Source of the DNA: an uncultured virus (IMG/VR IMGVR_UViG_3300028392_000061)
Taxonomy: Duplodnaviria > Heunggongvirae > Uroviricota > Caudoviricetes
Virus record (IMG/VR): IMGVR_UViG_3300028392_000061
Strand: one strand, 5' to 3'
DNA: 64,000 nucleotides
How positions within the stretch are numbered: position 1 is the stretch's first letter; every line of letters starts with the position of its first letter. Positions 48,401 through 58,151 of this stretch are shown piece after piece. The translations under genes were made by a program, and so were the position numbers. The notes under the pieces are model-generated. The model did not search any database and was not told the DNA's origin. It saw only the letters and a list, made by a program, of their open reading frames with translations.

Positions 48401-49600
48401 TTGTGTGACTACAATTTTATTAATTGATTGAGAAAGTGTAATTTCACCTTGATTGTTAAATGTTGGCATTACGCTCCAAGGAGTTGTTGTCCAATCTCCG
48501 TTAGACTGTAAATAAAGTATGCATACACCAGCACTTGAAATATTTGCGTTTGTAATAGTAATTGATTTTGAATAACTTGTAATTGTATTATAAAGATTTA
48601 TAGTAACACTTGTTGGAGTTGAATATGATAGATTAAACTTTAATACAAGTTTATTTGTTGACATTAATTTATCATAAAATGCTCCTATTGAATTTGTTGA
48701 TCCATCCGAAACAAAATATTTATATGTTGTATAATCTGAAAGAATTCCATTTTTATACAAGGGGTTACTTTTTGCAGATCCTAAAATTTGTGGATGAAAG
48801 ACTATTGGGCTACATGGCATTTTTTGAGTAGGCCAAAAAACTCCATCTAATCCTTTTGAAAATCTAGTATTAATTTCTCTAAACGCATTTGGCAATGGTG
48901 TTAAAATATTTCCAGATGGCACATAACTTTCTCCAGGTCTAAAAAAACTAAATGCTGAATCTGTTTTCCAAATATTTCCATATTGATAATCAAAGGCTGT
49001 TGATTTAAAAATTTCAAATTGATCAATAAGCACAGTATATGATGAAGGTGCTGTGCCAACTTTTGAAGCAATTGTTGTATCTGTTGAAGTAAAATCAAAA
49101 TTAAAATTAAATGATGAATACGATGTATCAACTGGACGGGAACTGGCATAAAGTTCAAACTTGGTCCATGTTGTACTATCAATAGATAAAGACTTTGAAT
49201 CTGATCTATGACTATCTATGTAAGCTTGTGATGTTAAAGTAACTTCTACATCTTCTAGGGTTTTAGCATAGAATACAATCTTATATGTATTAGCTCCTCC
49301 TGGAGTAGATATCGTTAAATTTCCCGACCCGTTTTGTCCAGTTGCTGCAAATTTTAATACGCTAGCATCTGTATATCCACTTGATCCTCTGCCACCTGTT
49401 GATGTATATGATACTGTGCAATTAGATGTTGTCCAATTTATTGGTTTATTCCAACTGCTCGAAAGAGAAGTACCATCTCCTGCAAATGTTACATATGGTG
49501 CATAAAAAAGATTATAATTCCATTCAGCAGAAACAGCGGGAACCACATAATGTGAATCACCCGTTGAAAAATATTGTTTAACCGCTGATGTACCTAGCAT
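45410..49600 (-). CDS. tail tip/hub protein
   Basis: 1396 aa after Dit-like gene; C-terminal GNPLFEIGDVVKV hub motif. Confidence 0.8.
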   Translation of the reverse strand: MLGTSAVKQYFSTGDSHYVVPAVSAEWNYNLFYAPYVTFAGDGTSLSSSWNKPINWTTSNCTVSYTSTGGRGSSGYTDASVLKFAATGQNGSGNLTISTPGGANTYKIVFYAKTLEDVEVTLTSQAYIDSHRSDSKSLSIDSTTWTKFELYASSRPVDTSYSSFNFNFDFTSTDTTIASKVGTAPSSYTVLIDQFEIFKSTAFDYQYGNIWKTDSAFSFFRPGESYVPSGNILTPLPNAFREINTRFSKGLDGVFWPTQKMPCSPIVFHPQILGSAKSNPLYKNGILSDYTTYKYFVSDGSTNSIGAFYDKLMSTNKLVLKFNLSYSTPTSVTINLYNTITSYSKSITITNANISSAGVCILYLQSNGDWTTTPWSVMPTFNNQGEITLSQSINKIVVTQNSAEIKTEYTSPSADVTGNFRYFEDTTVSVPGRYTQYQADMKRLQVVEISPRIELDLSNFVMNVETTSELDNKQNPLPISAISSNSALIHLSNIPFNVSNYVLSIFSNNSSKSPLAGLFKKNVKFYVNYVIKDGVPGASSSDKVIPGGVWYAESWDGQDLQRTTVTAFDISKYLQLLSPTDYVSKSQDVFNIITNILDMAGFTDYDYDSLRKVTMSNTTLVDGSVHKNKQPIDSSFFYADGQQQKVFDVLRELFEVYQIGAYIDSYGVMKFLSLENILSNTQPNLLLHDNSNPQAITTAGGYTDNLTVTSNITQDTYTENVKTKLGKATFKFKIPQINKTFDIEGLANTQSLTTSIIDKYDIVWELDKEDVCTFNYLSESITTNSQNYFRLDPKDLISNFNSFGIDHEGFGIIEGEIVSFKDKEFKFSTQILDTRSVSATNTDNDYRVIVGNSADLSAAVSDFSARSGFGGTVRYEPTGKIANVSRGLFNTPVRTHNIISNSINNPSDPNSLYSRMSYVSGEYPSIIDNKIVLPAKTAGVYSVLKPNNNEQSESAHPYYTFSTKMHIGTNSEYPMNVGMGGGIVMNIGVNPTYVEIRKVVGSGKSSSGKTTTSFEYRLYVYQVSDSNSLLEKDGASIKYLVVSSKLLDDVELYPLKSPFEEFGKTLNLKFVKIKNPTSTVVKGKTIKSPSFEIYLNKKRLEVSTKDIDIDTTGYYGIFTRVSNPQVETTGSIVFSELYATQSELDDASIYYHWQLPSFANSIAGGHKIFEINYMMQTKPQVFGINYYDVQYQLAPAMNAYALPAPYRWFYYTKNSEYTPEKAKVGVSEYLLQNVNVAVDALSYSSIYSSGFRGRFVIINGSPSAIWLKKSPDGKNPIDVDFLVNTSSLIALSSEISVEKIFDPANINEGIEIRSNWVQSKRAALGILKNIFKAIDGFSRDTQVSIYGNPLFEIGDVVKVNYSLKNISNQTYFVQGVNQIFDQGLKTVLVLNQIATS

Positions 49601-50136
49601 TATACCTCCGTAAATTCTATTGTTATATTTACTAGGTCGTAGCCTTTTCCATTACCGCCTGCATTTCTTTTAACAACCTCATAATCAAAATTTGTTATGT
49701 AAGCAGTATATACGGGATTATCTGTATCAGTAGGTGCTTGAAATGAAGAGTAGTAAGTGTTTTCATCTGGAGGGAATGGATCAGTTGAATTAATATTTTG
49801 TGTATTAATACCTGCACTAATTATTTTAACATAGATAGGTACAAATACATTTGCTTCATAGAATGATTTCATCCATGCTCCCGCTTTACCGCTATAGGAA
49901 TCTCCAGATTTATAATCAACTGTATTTTCAGTAAGTGAAGGAACTAAGCTCCAACTTGATGTAAATTTATGCTTTCTTGCAATAACATAGCGACGAAGTG
50001 TTCCATCTGCCATGCGATTAGTTTTTTCTACAACATCATAAGTAACGTGAATTGGTTGACGATTATGGTCTGTTAATTTATACCATGTTCCATTTTCACC
50101 AGTTAATGATACTTGAATTCCTGTTTGTAATTGCAT
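49600..50136 (-). CDS. distal-tail-like protein
   Basis: Follows tape measure; RMADGTLRRY, C-terminal FTEV. Confidence 0.7.
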   Translation of the reverse strand: MQLQTGIQVSLTGENGTWYKLTDHNRQPIHVTYDVVEKTNRMADGTLRRYVIARKHKFTSSWSLVPSLTENTVDYKSGDSYSGKAGAWMKSFYEANVFVPIYVKIISAGINTQNINSTDPFPPDENTYYSSFQAPTDTDNPVYTAYITNFDYEVVKRNAGGNGKGYDLVNITIEFTEV

Positions 50137-53100
50137 TATCCACCTACCTTACTTTTTGTTCCCGACATACCTAACTGTATTTTTTGATTTTTAACAAAAT
50201 CATTCATAGCTTTAGTTAATTGCTCTGTACTCAAACCACTTCCATTTACAACAATATTAAATGTGGGAGTATATGATGAACCAGCACCAGAACCCATAGA
50301 TGTAGAAGTTCCATATTGAACAGCAGAAGGCATATTAACAGATCCAACTTGATATGTGCCAAGCTTAGGATTATAATTTTTAAGTGCTTGATATTCTTTT
50401 TTTGGGTCAAAGCCACTTGATATTTTGTCTTGTACTGCTGCAGACAGTTCACGTGCCTTATCAATAATTGCAGTATTTTGATTTGATATAACTTTTTGAT
50501 TATATGAATCAGCATTTCCAAGCATTTGTTGACGAAGTAAATTAGCTTGAAGATAATCTCCACTTGCCATAGCTTTTCTAATTTGATTTTGCATATCTGT
50601 TTGTTGTGTAGCATAACCAATCGCTTCTTGTGCAGCAGAATTTTGATCATCCATAAGTTTCTTTTGTTTTTCAAGAGCAGCTATTCTTTTATTTTCTGCG
50701 TCAAGAAGAGGTGCATATTTATTTTGCAAATTTGTTACATTATTTGCTGCAATTTCAGCTTTAGTTAATTTTGGAACAACTGATGGAATAATTCCAGTAA
50801 ATGATTGGGTTTCTTTACTATTAAACAATGCATCTAAAGCTCCTGCTTTCTTTAAAAGTTTATCTAATTCTTCTGGACTTTTAACTAAACCCGAATTTAA
50901 CAATGAAATTGCTTTAACAAGATCAAGTGTTGAATATGCTGTTTTTCCATTTGCATCTTTCATTTTTACTGCATTTTCTAAATATTTTGCTAATGTCGGA
51001 GAATCTTTTTTAAGTGCTCCCATCCAATCCGTAAAAGCTAATTTTGATTTATTAATTTCAGAAACAACTGTAGGGCTTAATCCAGATATTGCTGCTTTAA
51101 CATTTGAAGGCAATGTTGTTGCTACGTTTGTTATTGCAACTCCAACAGCTTTGTTTTGTTGTTCTTTTGTATCGTCAACTGTCCCGCCTGGTAAAAATCT
51201 TTTCCATGTACCCTTTGGTATATCATTTGCTGCATGTGTTAAAGCACTAGTAAAACCTCTTGCTGTTGTTTTTTCATCAACGCCATAATTTGGCAATTTT
51301 GATAAAACTTCATTTTGAGCAATGTTATTTTTTCCAGCAGCTTGCATTATAGCAATTACATCTTCTTTTGCTTTATCTGTTACTACTCCAGTTTTAGCAT
51401 CTTTTTTTGGCCCCATTCCAGCAGCAACATCTGATGCATATTTTTGTTGTATTAATTTTGTTAATTGTTGAGGGTTTGAATTTTTAACTTCAGTTATATA
51501 ATCTTTTGTCATTTGATCTGAAGCATTCATATAAGCTAATGTTAGCTTGTCAACTGCAGCTTTATTTTCTGCTATTGATGATGCGTGAGATTTAACATTT
51601 GACAAAGTACTAGAAAAATCAAATTGTGATAAATTATTTGCTTGTAATCCAAAATGTTGTACTGCTACCGAACTTACGCTAAATGAGGATTGTAATGTAT
51701 TTGATGCAATTCTAGTATCTTCTGCTGTTTTTTTAATGACTCCCGCAAGTGTTCCTAAAGCTGCTCCCGCCAGTGCTCCTTCGGTTCCTAAAAATGCTCC
51801 CATGCTGGCACCTGTTAAAGCAGAGTTTGCAACATCTCCTCCAGGAAGTTTGTCAATATATTGTCCTCCAAACTGTTGTGCCGCTTGTAAACCAAGACCC
51901 ATCCCTAAATTACTGAATCTTCCAGTCATCATTTTTGGCATTCTTGATTGAAGCTTTGCTCTTGCAGCCATTCTTCTAGCATTAAATTTATCAAACCTTG
52001 TGCCGTTTCTTGATGTTGTTGCTAATCCTGGTTCTGTTTCTGAAGCAAGATTTGTGTATTCCCCGCCAGATCCAGAAAGTAAAGACTCTTCCATCATAGA
52101 TTGAGATGCTACTTTAACTTTTGTTTTTGATTCTTTAAGTGTTTCAGTAACACCATCCACCATATTTTTAGCAGCACGTTTTGTTGCTTTTGATGCGGAT
52201 TTAGATTCTGATGCAATATCTATTTGTTTTGCTAATTTTTCTTCTTCTTGTCTTTTAACTTTGTCAAGAATAAGGTTGTGCGTTCTTGTATAACTTCCGC
52301 TACTTCTAGCCATGCTTCCTGATGGTCCAGACAAATCAATTTTTGGTTCAAATTTTGGAGAATTTGCAAATGGTCGGGAGGATGAAGACCCCCTTGGACC
52401 TTCTAATCTATCAACTTCTGCTCTACCTATAATAGATTCTGCGCCCGTAATATTTGCAGATTTTCTTCCAACAAATTTTCTTACAAATCCTGGTAACATT
52501 ACATGAGATTCTGCAGCATTATCATTAAATTCTGCAAGATTTGCTTCTCTAATTGCAGCATAAGAAGGCATACGGCTTTCTGGAGATTTAACAGAAGATG
52601 CTAAGGTTCCACCAGTTGTCCTGTATTCTCCTGATTTATGTAAATATCTTCTTCCCTGTGTTCTTGCTGAACCTACAGCACTTGTTTCAGTTTCCCAACT
52701 TTTTGCTACTTCAGGATTATTTGCAATTGTTTCTTTCATAGCTTTTGAATATGAGCTATCTGCTATTTTTGAAAACTCTCTATCTGAAACTTTTTTACCG
52801 TCAGCAACAAGTGCTTTCATTTGAGATTCAAATTCTTTATGAGCATCTGATAGAATTTTTGCTTTTTCTTCTGGAGTAAGTGTTGATTGTAATTTTAAAA
52901 ATTCATAAAGTCCACTGTGTGATCTAGCGCCTCTTCCGCCTTCTTTTCCTACAAAATCTAACCACTCTTGTGGATTTGCAGTACCAGAAGCTAATTTTGT
53001 ATTATATGAAGCTGAAGGAGTTGCAACTGTTGTTGTTGGTAAATATGTAGCATTTTCTCCACTTTGATATCCTGGAGCTCCTTGAGTTAATCCTAGTTCT

Positions 53101-55307
53101 TTTGAAACCGCTAAATTTGATCCTGTTGCTTGAGCGGTTACATCTCCAGCTCTTGATTTTTTACCATTGGCATGCATAGGAAGTGTTCCATCAATCATTG
53201 CATTAATAAATGATGGATATCTTTGTGCTTGTGCTGTAGGAATTATTGCTTCCCCGCCTTGAAGAAGTGCTGGATAAACATCTCCTGCTGAAGGGCTTCC
53301 TGGAACAATTCCACCAGTTGCCATTTTTGGTGCTCTAAATGGAATTCTTCCTCCCGCAAGTCCAGCTTCTGCGGCAAGTACTTTACCTGCTAATCCAGTA
53401 CCAGATGCGGCAGCCATTCCCATTGCCATTCCTTCAAGGCTTATAGTAAGTTGTTTTACTGCTTGATTAAGGAGCATTACTGCAGATTCATCTTGCATAA
53501 TTTTTTGACTAAATAGTTGTGCTGCGTTTTGAGATGCAATAATTTCGGGAGTAAATAATTGTCCAAACGTTTTAGTTCCATTAATAAGATTTTTCATTGA
53601 GAATAAACCTTTAACTAAATATCCAACAAAGTTAGCAAGTACACCAGTAAACATAATTATTGGACCTGATAATGCTATGCCTGCTGTAATTATTCCAAGG
53701 ACTGTTTTTACTGGGGCTGGAAGTCCACCAAATACTTTTGCAACACTATTTCCAAAATTTAACAAAGCTGTAGCAACTTGCATAATTTTTTCACCAACTG
53801 GTAAAAGATCTGCTTTCATTGTTTCAACTGCTCGTCTAAATTTACCTGTTGTAGATTCAGTAGCGGTTTTTAATTCTCCTGCTGCAATTCCTTTTAATTC
53901 TGCTTCTGAAGAATTCATTAAATTAAAAGCCTGACTTGTTTGACTATTAACTGCACCCAAATTTGTAATAAGTGCTTGAATTCTTGCTTGTTGATATTTT
54001 CCAAAAAGTTTATCAATTAATTGAGCTTGTGCAAGGGGTTGTAATCCTTTTAATGATTCTTGTAACATCATAATCATTTGTATTGGATTTCCACCAGTTT
54101 TTGTAGCAATTGATGATAAATTAATATTATATGCAGCAAATGCATCTTTTGCTGCTGTTGTTGGATTAATAAGTGATGCTAGAGCTGATTTAATAGCGTT
54201 TGCAGATTGAGCTGCTGGAACTCCCGCCTCTTTCATTGCAACCATCATAAGTGCTGTATCTTTAAAAGATCCACCAAGCTGCTGCACAATTGGTCCAACC
54301 TTTGGAATACCTGCTGCTAAATCTTGCATACTTGTTGATGTTTGGTTTTCAACTGCGTTAAGAAAATCTATTGCTCCAGATAATTGGTTTGTGCTTAATT
54401 TATAAACATTTTGTAAAGAAATTGTTGTTTGCATTGCATCTTGTTGATCCATTTCGCCTAATTTTTGAAGACGAATTGCTTCTCTTGTTGCACCAACTAA
54501 TTGAACCCCTTGCAATCCAGTAGCAGCTAAATCAGCAGCCATCGCTGCAGTATCTTTGACTGCAACACCCATGCTAGATGCAAGCTCTTTTGAAAGCGAT
54601 AAAATTTGTCCCCTTATTGCAGATAAAGCTTGTTGTGTTGGTTGTTGAATTCCATTTCCATAAACCTTTTGCATTCTTATCAACTGATCATTAACTTCTT
54701 TAAAAACATTCATAGCGGTACTACCAAAAATTGTAAGTGGTACTGTCATACCAACTGTTAATTGACGACCTGCCCATTGAGTATTTTTACCCCAGTTAAT
54801 AAGAGATTGTGCACCTTTATCTACTGCAATGTTATAAAGATTTTGAGTATTTGCTGCAATTTTTGTAGCATTTGATATAGCATTAATCTTTGTAGGTGTA
54901 AAAACAGAAAGAACACCTTGTTTTGTAGGGTCTGACATAACCATAGAATTTTGGAGTTTTGTTTGTTCCATTGCAAGGGCTCTCATTTGAGCAGTTGCAT
55001 TTGTAGACCCAGCTTTAATTATTCGAAAATATTCTGTAAGTTTTAATTTACCGCCAACTAATGCGTCACCAAATTTATCAGTTTCAGCTTTTAGCCTAAC
55101 AGTTGATGCAGTAAATTGACCAGTAGAAAGTATAGTTGATTTAAAAACAGCATTGGCTTCATTTAATTGTTTTGTTAAATTAGCACTAATGCCAACACTT
55201 GCTACACCCTTATTAAGAAGAGTAACTTGATCTTGGAGCGCTTTGATTTGAGCATTAACAGATTTAAAGTCACCTAGGGCAACTATATTAAGTTCTATTC
55301 TTGCCAT
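50136..55307 (-). CDS. tape measure protein
   Basis: 1723 aa Ala-rich helical; TP901-like core (LNAVENQTSTSMQDL). Confidence 0.93.
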   Translation of the reverse strand: MARIELNIVALGDFKSVNAQIKALQDQVTLLNKGVASVGISANLTKQLNEANAVFKSTILSTGQFTASTVRLKAETDKFGDALVGGKLKLTEYFRIIKAGSTNATAQMRALAMEQTKLQNSMVMSDPTKQGVLSVFTPTKINAISNATKIAANTQNLYNIAVDKGAQSLINWGKNTQWAGRQLTVGMTVPLTIFGSTAMNVFKEVNDQLIRMQKVYGNGIQQPTQQALSAIRGQILSLSKELASSMGVAVKDTAAMAADLAATGLQGVQLVGATREAIRLQKLGEMDQQDAMQTTISLQNVYKLSTNQLSGAIDFLNAVENQTSTSMQDLAAGIPKVGPIVQQLGGSFKDTALMMVAMKEAGVPAAQSANAIKSALASLINPTTAAKDAFAAYNINLSSIATKTGGNPIQMIMMLQESLKGLQPLAQAQLIDKLFGKYQQARIQALITNLGAVNSQTSQAFNLMNSSEAELKGIAAGELKTATESTTGKFRRAVETMKADLLPVGEKIMQVATALLNFGNSVAKVFGGLPAPVKTVLGIITAGIALSGPIIMFTGVLANFVGYLVKGLFSMKNLINGTKTFGQLFTPEIIASQNAAQLFSQKIMQDESAVMLLNQAVKQLTISLEGMAMGMAAASGTGLAGKVLAAEAGLAGGRIPFRAPKMATGGIVPGSPSAGDVYPALLQGGEAIIPTAQAQRYPSFINAMIDGTLPMHANGKKSRAGDVTAQATGSNLAVSKELGLTQGAPGYQSGENATYLPTTTVATPSASYNTKLASGTANPQEWLDFVGKEGGRGARSHSGLYEFLKLQSTLTPEEKAKILSDAHKEFESQMKALVADGKKVSDREFSKIADSSYSKAMKETIANNPEVAKSWETETSAVGSARTQGRRYLHKSGEYRTTGGTLASSVKSPESRMPSYAAIREANLAEFNDNAAESHVMLPGFVRKFVGRKSANITGAESIIGRAEVDRLEGPRGSSSSRPFANSPKFEPKIDLSGPSGSMARSSGSYTRTHNLILDKVKRQEEEKLAKQIDIASESKSASKATKRAAKNMVDGVTETLKESKTKVKVASQSMMEESLLSGSGGEYTNLASETEPGLATTSRNGTRFDKFNARRMAARAKLQSRMPKMMTGRFSNLGMGLGLQAAQQFGGQYIDKLPGGDVANSALTGASMGAFLGTEGALAGAALGTLAGVIKKTAEDTRIASNTLQSSFSVSSVAVQHFGLQANNLSQFDFSSTLSNVKSHASSIAENKAAVDKLTLAYMNASDQMTKDYITEVKNSNPQQLTKLIQQKYASDVAAGMGPKKDAKTGVVTDKAKEDVIAIMQAAGKNNIAQNEVLSKLPNYGVDEKTTARGFTSALTHAANDIPKGTWKRFLPGGTVDDTKEQQNKAVGVAITNVATTLPSNVKAAISGLSPTVVSEINKSKLAFTDWMGALKKDSPTLAKYLENAVKMKDANGKTAYSTLDLVKAISLLNSGLVKSPEELDKLLKKAGALDALFNSKETQSFTGIIPSVVPKLTKAEIAANNVTNLQNKYAPLLDAENKRIAALEKQKKLMDDQNSAAQEAIGYATQQTDMQNQIRKAMASGDYLQANLLRQQMLGNADSYNQKVISNQNTAIIDKARELSAAVQDKISSGFDPKKEYQALKNYNPKLGTYQVGSVNMPSAVQYGTSTSMGSGAGSSYTPTFNIVVNGSGLSTEQLTKAMNDFVKNQKIQLGMSGTKSKVGG

Positions 55308-55633
55308 TCACTCTCCCCCATTTGCATAAAGCCAAGTCCTTCGTTTAATCCAAAGCCTTCGCTACTTGCAACTCTTGCAGAATTTAAATCAGTAATATCA
55401 TTTGATATTTCTTGATCGTTTTCTTCTAAATCTACTCCATTTATTGCTGCAACAAACTTCTTGTCATTGTTATCTTTACTACGAATTGCTTCAACTGTTG
55501 CCATTAATTCTTCTAGTGACAAACTGTTTTCTAATTCTTCGTAATTTTTCCAACGACCAAGCAAAAATACTTCGGACTCCAGGGAGCGTAGGTCTAGTTC
55601 GTCCCAACTAGTGCCGCTCCCAGAAGGTTTGGG
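55295..55633 (-). CDS. tail assembly chaperone, -1 frameshift extension (lambda gpGT-like)
   Basis: -1 frame open from slippery site through SWDELDLRSLESEVFLLGRWKNYEELE; no SD-supported start. Confidence 0.8.
   Translation of the reverse strand, partial: PKPSGSGTSWDELDLRSLESEVFLLGRWKNYEELENSLSLEELMATVEAIRSKDNNDKKFVAAINGVDLEENDQEISNDITDLNSARVASSEGFGLNEGLGFMQMGESEWQE
55582..55633 (-). promoter_or_regulatory. -1 programmed ribosomal frameshift signal
   Basis: C CCA AAC (55633-55627), 5-nt spacer, GGGAGCG/CGCTCCC and CTAGTT/AACTAG hairpin. Confidence 0.85.
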
Positions 55634-55935
55634 TCTGTTAGTTTCAATCCACCAGCGATTTCTAGAATCTTCATCATGGTTGGAATTTCTACAACATCTT
55701 CAAACTTGTCTTTATCTTTACCTAGAGGTGAGTCTGGATAAAGGCCGCTAATGCAAAGCATTGCAGCATCAATAAAAATATCCATTGCTGCGTCTTCAGA
55801 TGCATTTTCTGGCTCGTCCATCTTCTTAATTAGTTCCATGAACTCTCTTAGCTTCTTAATAGGAAGCGGTTTTAAAGTGATTTGTTCACCATTTGAAAGC
55901 TCTACTTCTACTACATCATATACTGTTGTTGCCAA
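55594..55935 (-). CDS. tail assembly chaperone (lambda gpG-like)
   Basis: Between tail tube and tape measure; AAAGGAG SD, TTG start. Confidence 0.85.
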   Translation of the reverse strand: MATTVYDVVEVELSNGEQITLKPLPIKKLREFMELIKKMDEPENASEDAAMDIFIDAAMLCISGLYPDSPLGKDKDKFEDVVEIPTMMKILEIAGGLKLTDPNLLGAALVGTN

Positions 55936-55988
55936 TTTATAGCTCCTTTGTTTAGTTAAATTATACCAACATAATTGGCATACACAAA

Positions 55989-56021
55989 TTCAAAGCCCCG
56001 TCATTTCTGACGGGGCCTGAA
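55989..56021 (-). terminator. terminator after major tail gene
   Basis: TTCAGGCCCCGTCA-GAAA-TGACGGGGCTTTGAA. Confidence 0.85.
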
Positions 56022-56050
56022 TGTTATTAAATTGTTATTGAGTTATGTTA

Positions 56051-56803
56051 TTAAACAGTTCCCCATACACGATCAATTACTATGCCGTACTCAGAACCAG
56101 CATAACCAACCTGAGTATCATCTGGCAAACAGCGGAAACTTACTGGGAATACAGTAGCTGAATCACGCTTTAGACCATGAGCAGTTGTATCCATAGATAC
56201 AACACGACGTGCAACATATACACGCTCTTTATTACGTAAATCACTTGAAACTTGAGCGTTGTTCTTAACTTGAGCTGGAGCATTACCAACTGCAATAAGA
56301 GTACGTTCTACTGGAGCATCTCCAAGAGCGCCCGCTGCCATATTCAAAGTTGTACCAATTTCTGATCCACCAACTGGTGTTACATCAGTCATTGAGTTAA
56401 CTGCAGTAATTGTACTGCCTGTTGAATTTACATAATATGTGTCCATCTGACCCCATGAAAGAGTAAGATTGTCAAGAGTTGCTTCTACCAATTCTGTTTT
56501 AAGTGTAACCTTAAGTGTTTGCTTAAATAGTTTTGCTGCATCTAGCAACTGATCAACCATTACTTCACCATAATTTGGTTCGTAAGAAACTTCTAGACCT
56601 GAATTTGTATAACCAACTTCACGATATTTTGAACCTGTTGCAAGCAAGCCTGTACGGGCTGAAACGCCTGAACTAAGAAAACCACCACTACCTGTTGCAC
56701 CTGTAATAACTGCAGTTGTAGTTAATGGTCTTGCTGTATCTTCTTGAGAGCTTATGAAAAGAGAAGCTGCACCAACAACGATATTTTTTGTATTTGTAGC
56801 CAT
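56051..56803 (-). CDS. major tail (tube) protein
   Basis: VGYTNSGLEVSYEP, VDQLLD; strong SD, own terminator. Confidence 0.88.
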   Translation of the reverse strand: MATNTKNIVVGAASLFISSQEDTARPLTTTAVITGATGSGGFLSSGVSARTGLLATGSKYREVGYTNSGLEVSYEPNYGEVMVDQLLDAAKLFKQTLKVTLKTELVEATLDNLTLSWGQMDTYYVNSTGSTITAVNSMTDVTPVGGSEIGTTLNMAAGALGDAPVERTLIAVGNAPAQVKNNAQVSSDLRNKERVYVARRVVSMDTTAHGLKRDSATVFPVSFRCLPDDTQVGYAGSEYGIVIDRVWGTV

Positions 56804-56907
56804 ATTTTATTTCACCACCTTATTTTATTTTAATTAAAAAATCTAAAAAGATGACAATTTACTTCCTCATGTAAAATCATAGCATTAAAGTCAAATAAAT
56901 CAAACTT

Positions 56908-57423
56908 TTATGAGTATCTACCTGTAACTGAATCTAGCTGTCTGGTGTAAGCGTATCTTATTGAAATTATTCCATTCATAAACCCGCCTTCATTTGCAAA
57001 AGCTTGGACGGGATCTGAAGATTCTACCTTAAAATAATGATACTTATATGGACTTGAAGCAATCAAAGATAGATTAATGTCTTTTGCTGAATCATCATAT
57101 CTTCTAAAAAGGTCTGTAGCAAGGTTAAGAATTGTTTGAATCTCAGATGGATCTCTTGAAACAATATCAAAGGTTATAACATCTTCGCTCATCCACCATT
57201 GAGTGTCCCCGTGACTTTGAGTAATATCATAAATAACATATGTCTTACCTGGGAGCATGTTGTTGAATTCTGGTACCTGCTGTGCGGGTATAATGGGCTC
57301 TAGGGGGCTCGAAAAGCCATCTGCTATGTAATCGTTAAGGTTAATTAATCCCTTGGCTATAAGCTCGTTTAAAAAGGTTTTACGGATATCATATGATGCC
57401 ACGTATTTGTAGTTTACTGTCAT
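56908..57423 (-). CDS. tail terminator/completion protein
   Basis: Synteny; IIPAQQVPE, YVIYD. Confidence 0.65.
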   Translation of the reverse strand: MTVNYKYVASYDIRKTFLNELIAKGLINLNDYIADGFSSPLEPIIPAQQVPEFNNMLPGKTYVIYDITQSHGDTQWWMSEDVITFDIVSRDPSEIQTILNLATDLFRRYDDSAKDINLSLIASSPYKYHYFKVESSDPVQAFANEGGFMNGIISIRYAYTRQLDSVTGRYS

Positions 57424-58151
57424 TTAATTATCTCCCTACCTGCAACAATTGAATTTACAATTTGTTTAGTAATTGCTTGTACATCTGTAATTCCCGCATT
57501 TTTCTTTGATAATACCATAGATGTTTCATTAACTATTCTTTGATATAGCCCTGAAGAATCCATAATTGTTTGAGCATTCTTATTATACCAAGCAGACATG
57601 AAAGTAGCCAAAGAACCTTTTACGTATTTCCCGCCTGGATTATTATTGTTTACTGTAGTTCCAGGCTGTATAAATTTTATTCCTAAATCTGATCCCATAA
57701 ATGCAAGCATTTTTTTAGCTTGATAACGAACTGGCTTGCCAGATTCCATAACTTCAGCTTTATCTCTAAATATATTTCTTTTAGTTACAATCTTGCCTGT
57801 TGGTCCAGGTGATAACAATTCTGGATCAATTGGGACGGGAGTTTTTGATTGTTTAAAATTTGCATTGATTGTCATATTTCCATTTACTAATATCATCCTA
57901 TTTAAAACAAACAATCTTGCTGAAGGATTACCAACTTTATTCCATTCATATATGTGATGCATTCTTTTTGGATTTGTTGCAGAAAATCTATCTACCGCTA
58001 AAACAAATCTTTCACCCAATATAATAAATGCAGCTTTTGAAATTTCATTTAAAAAATCGGGTTGAGTCATATGACCAATAGCTTTTACTTTAAGATCAAT
58101 CTCTCTATTTAAAGCCTCAAGACTTGATTTAGTTATTGATAGTTTTATCAT
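57420..58151 (-). CDS. neck/tail completion protein
   Basis: Synteny in head-tail block. Confidence 0.6.
   Translation of the reverse strand: MIKLSITKSSLEALNREIDLKVKAIGHMTQPDFLNEISKAAFIILGERFVLAVDRFSATNPKRMHHIYEWNKVGNPSARLFVLNRMILVNGNMTINANFKQSKTPVPIDPELLSPGPTGKIVTKRNIFRDKAEVMESGKPVRYQAKKMLAFMGSDLGIKFIQPGTTVNNNNPGGKYVKGSLATFMSAWYNKNAQTIMDSSGLYQRIVNETSMVLSKKNAGITDVQAITKQIVNSIVAGREIIK

Noticed and set aside
37019..49600. Diversity-generating retroelement or invertible fibre cassette
   Set aside because: No reverse transcriptase or invertase in the window; no template/variable repeat pair noticed by eye.
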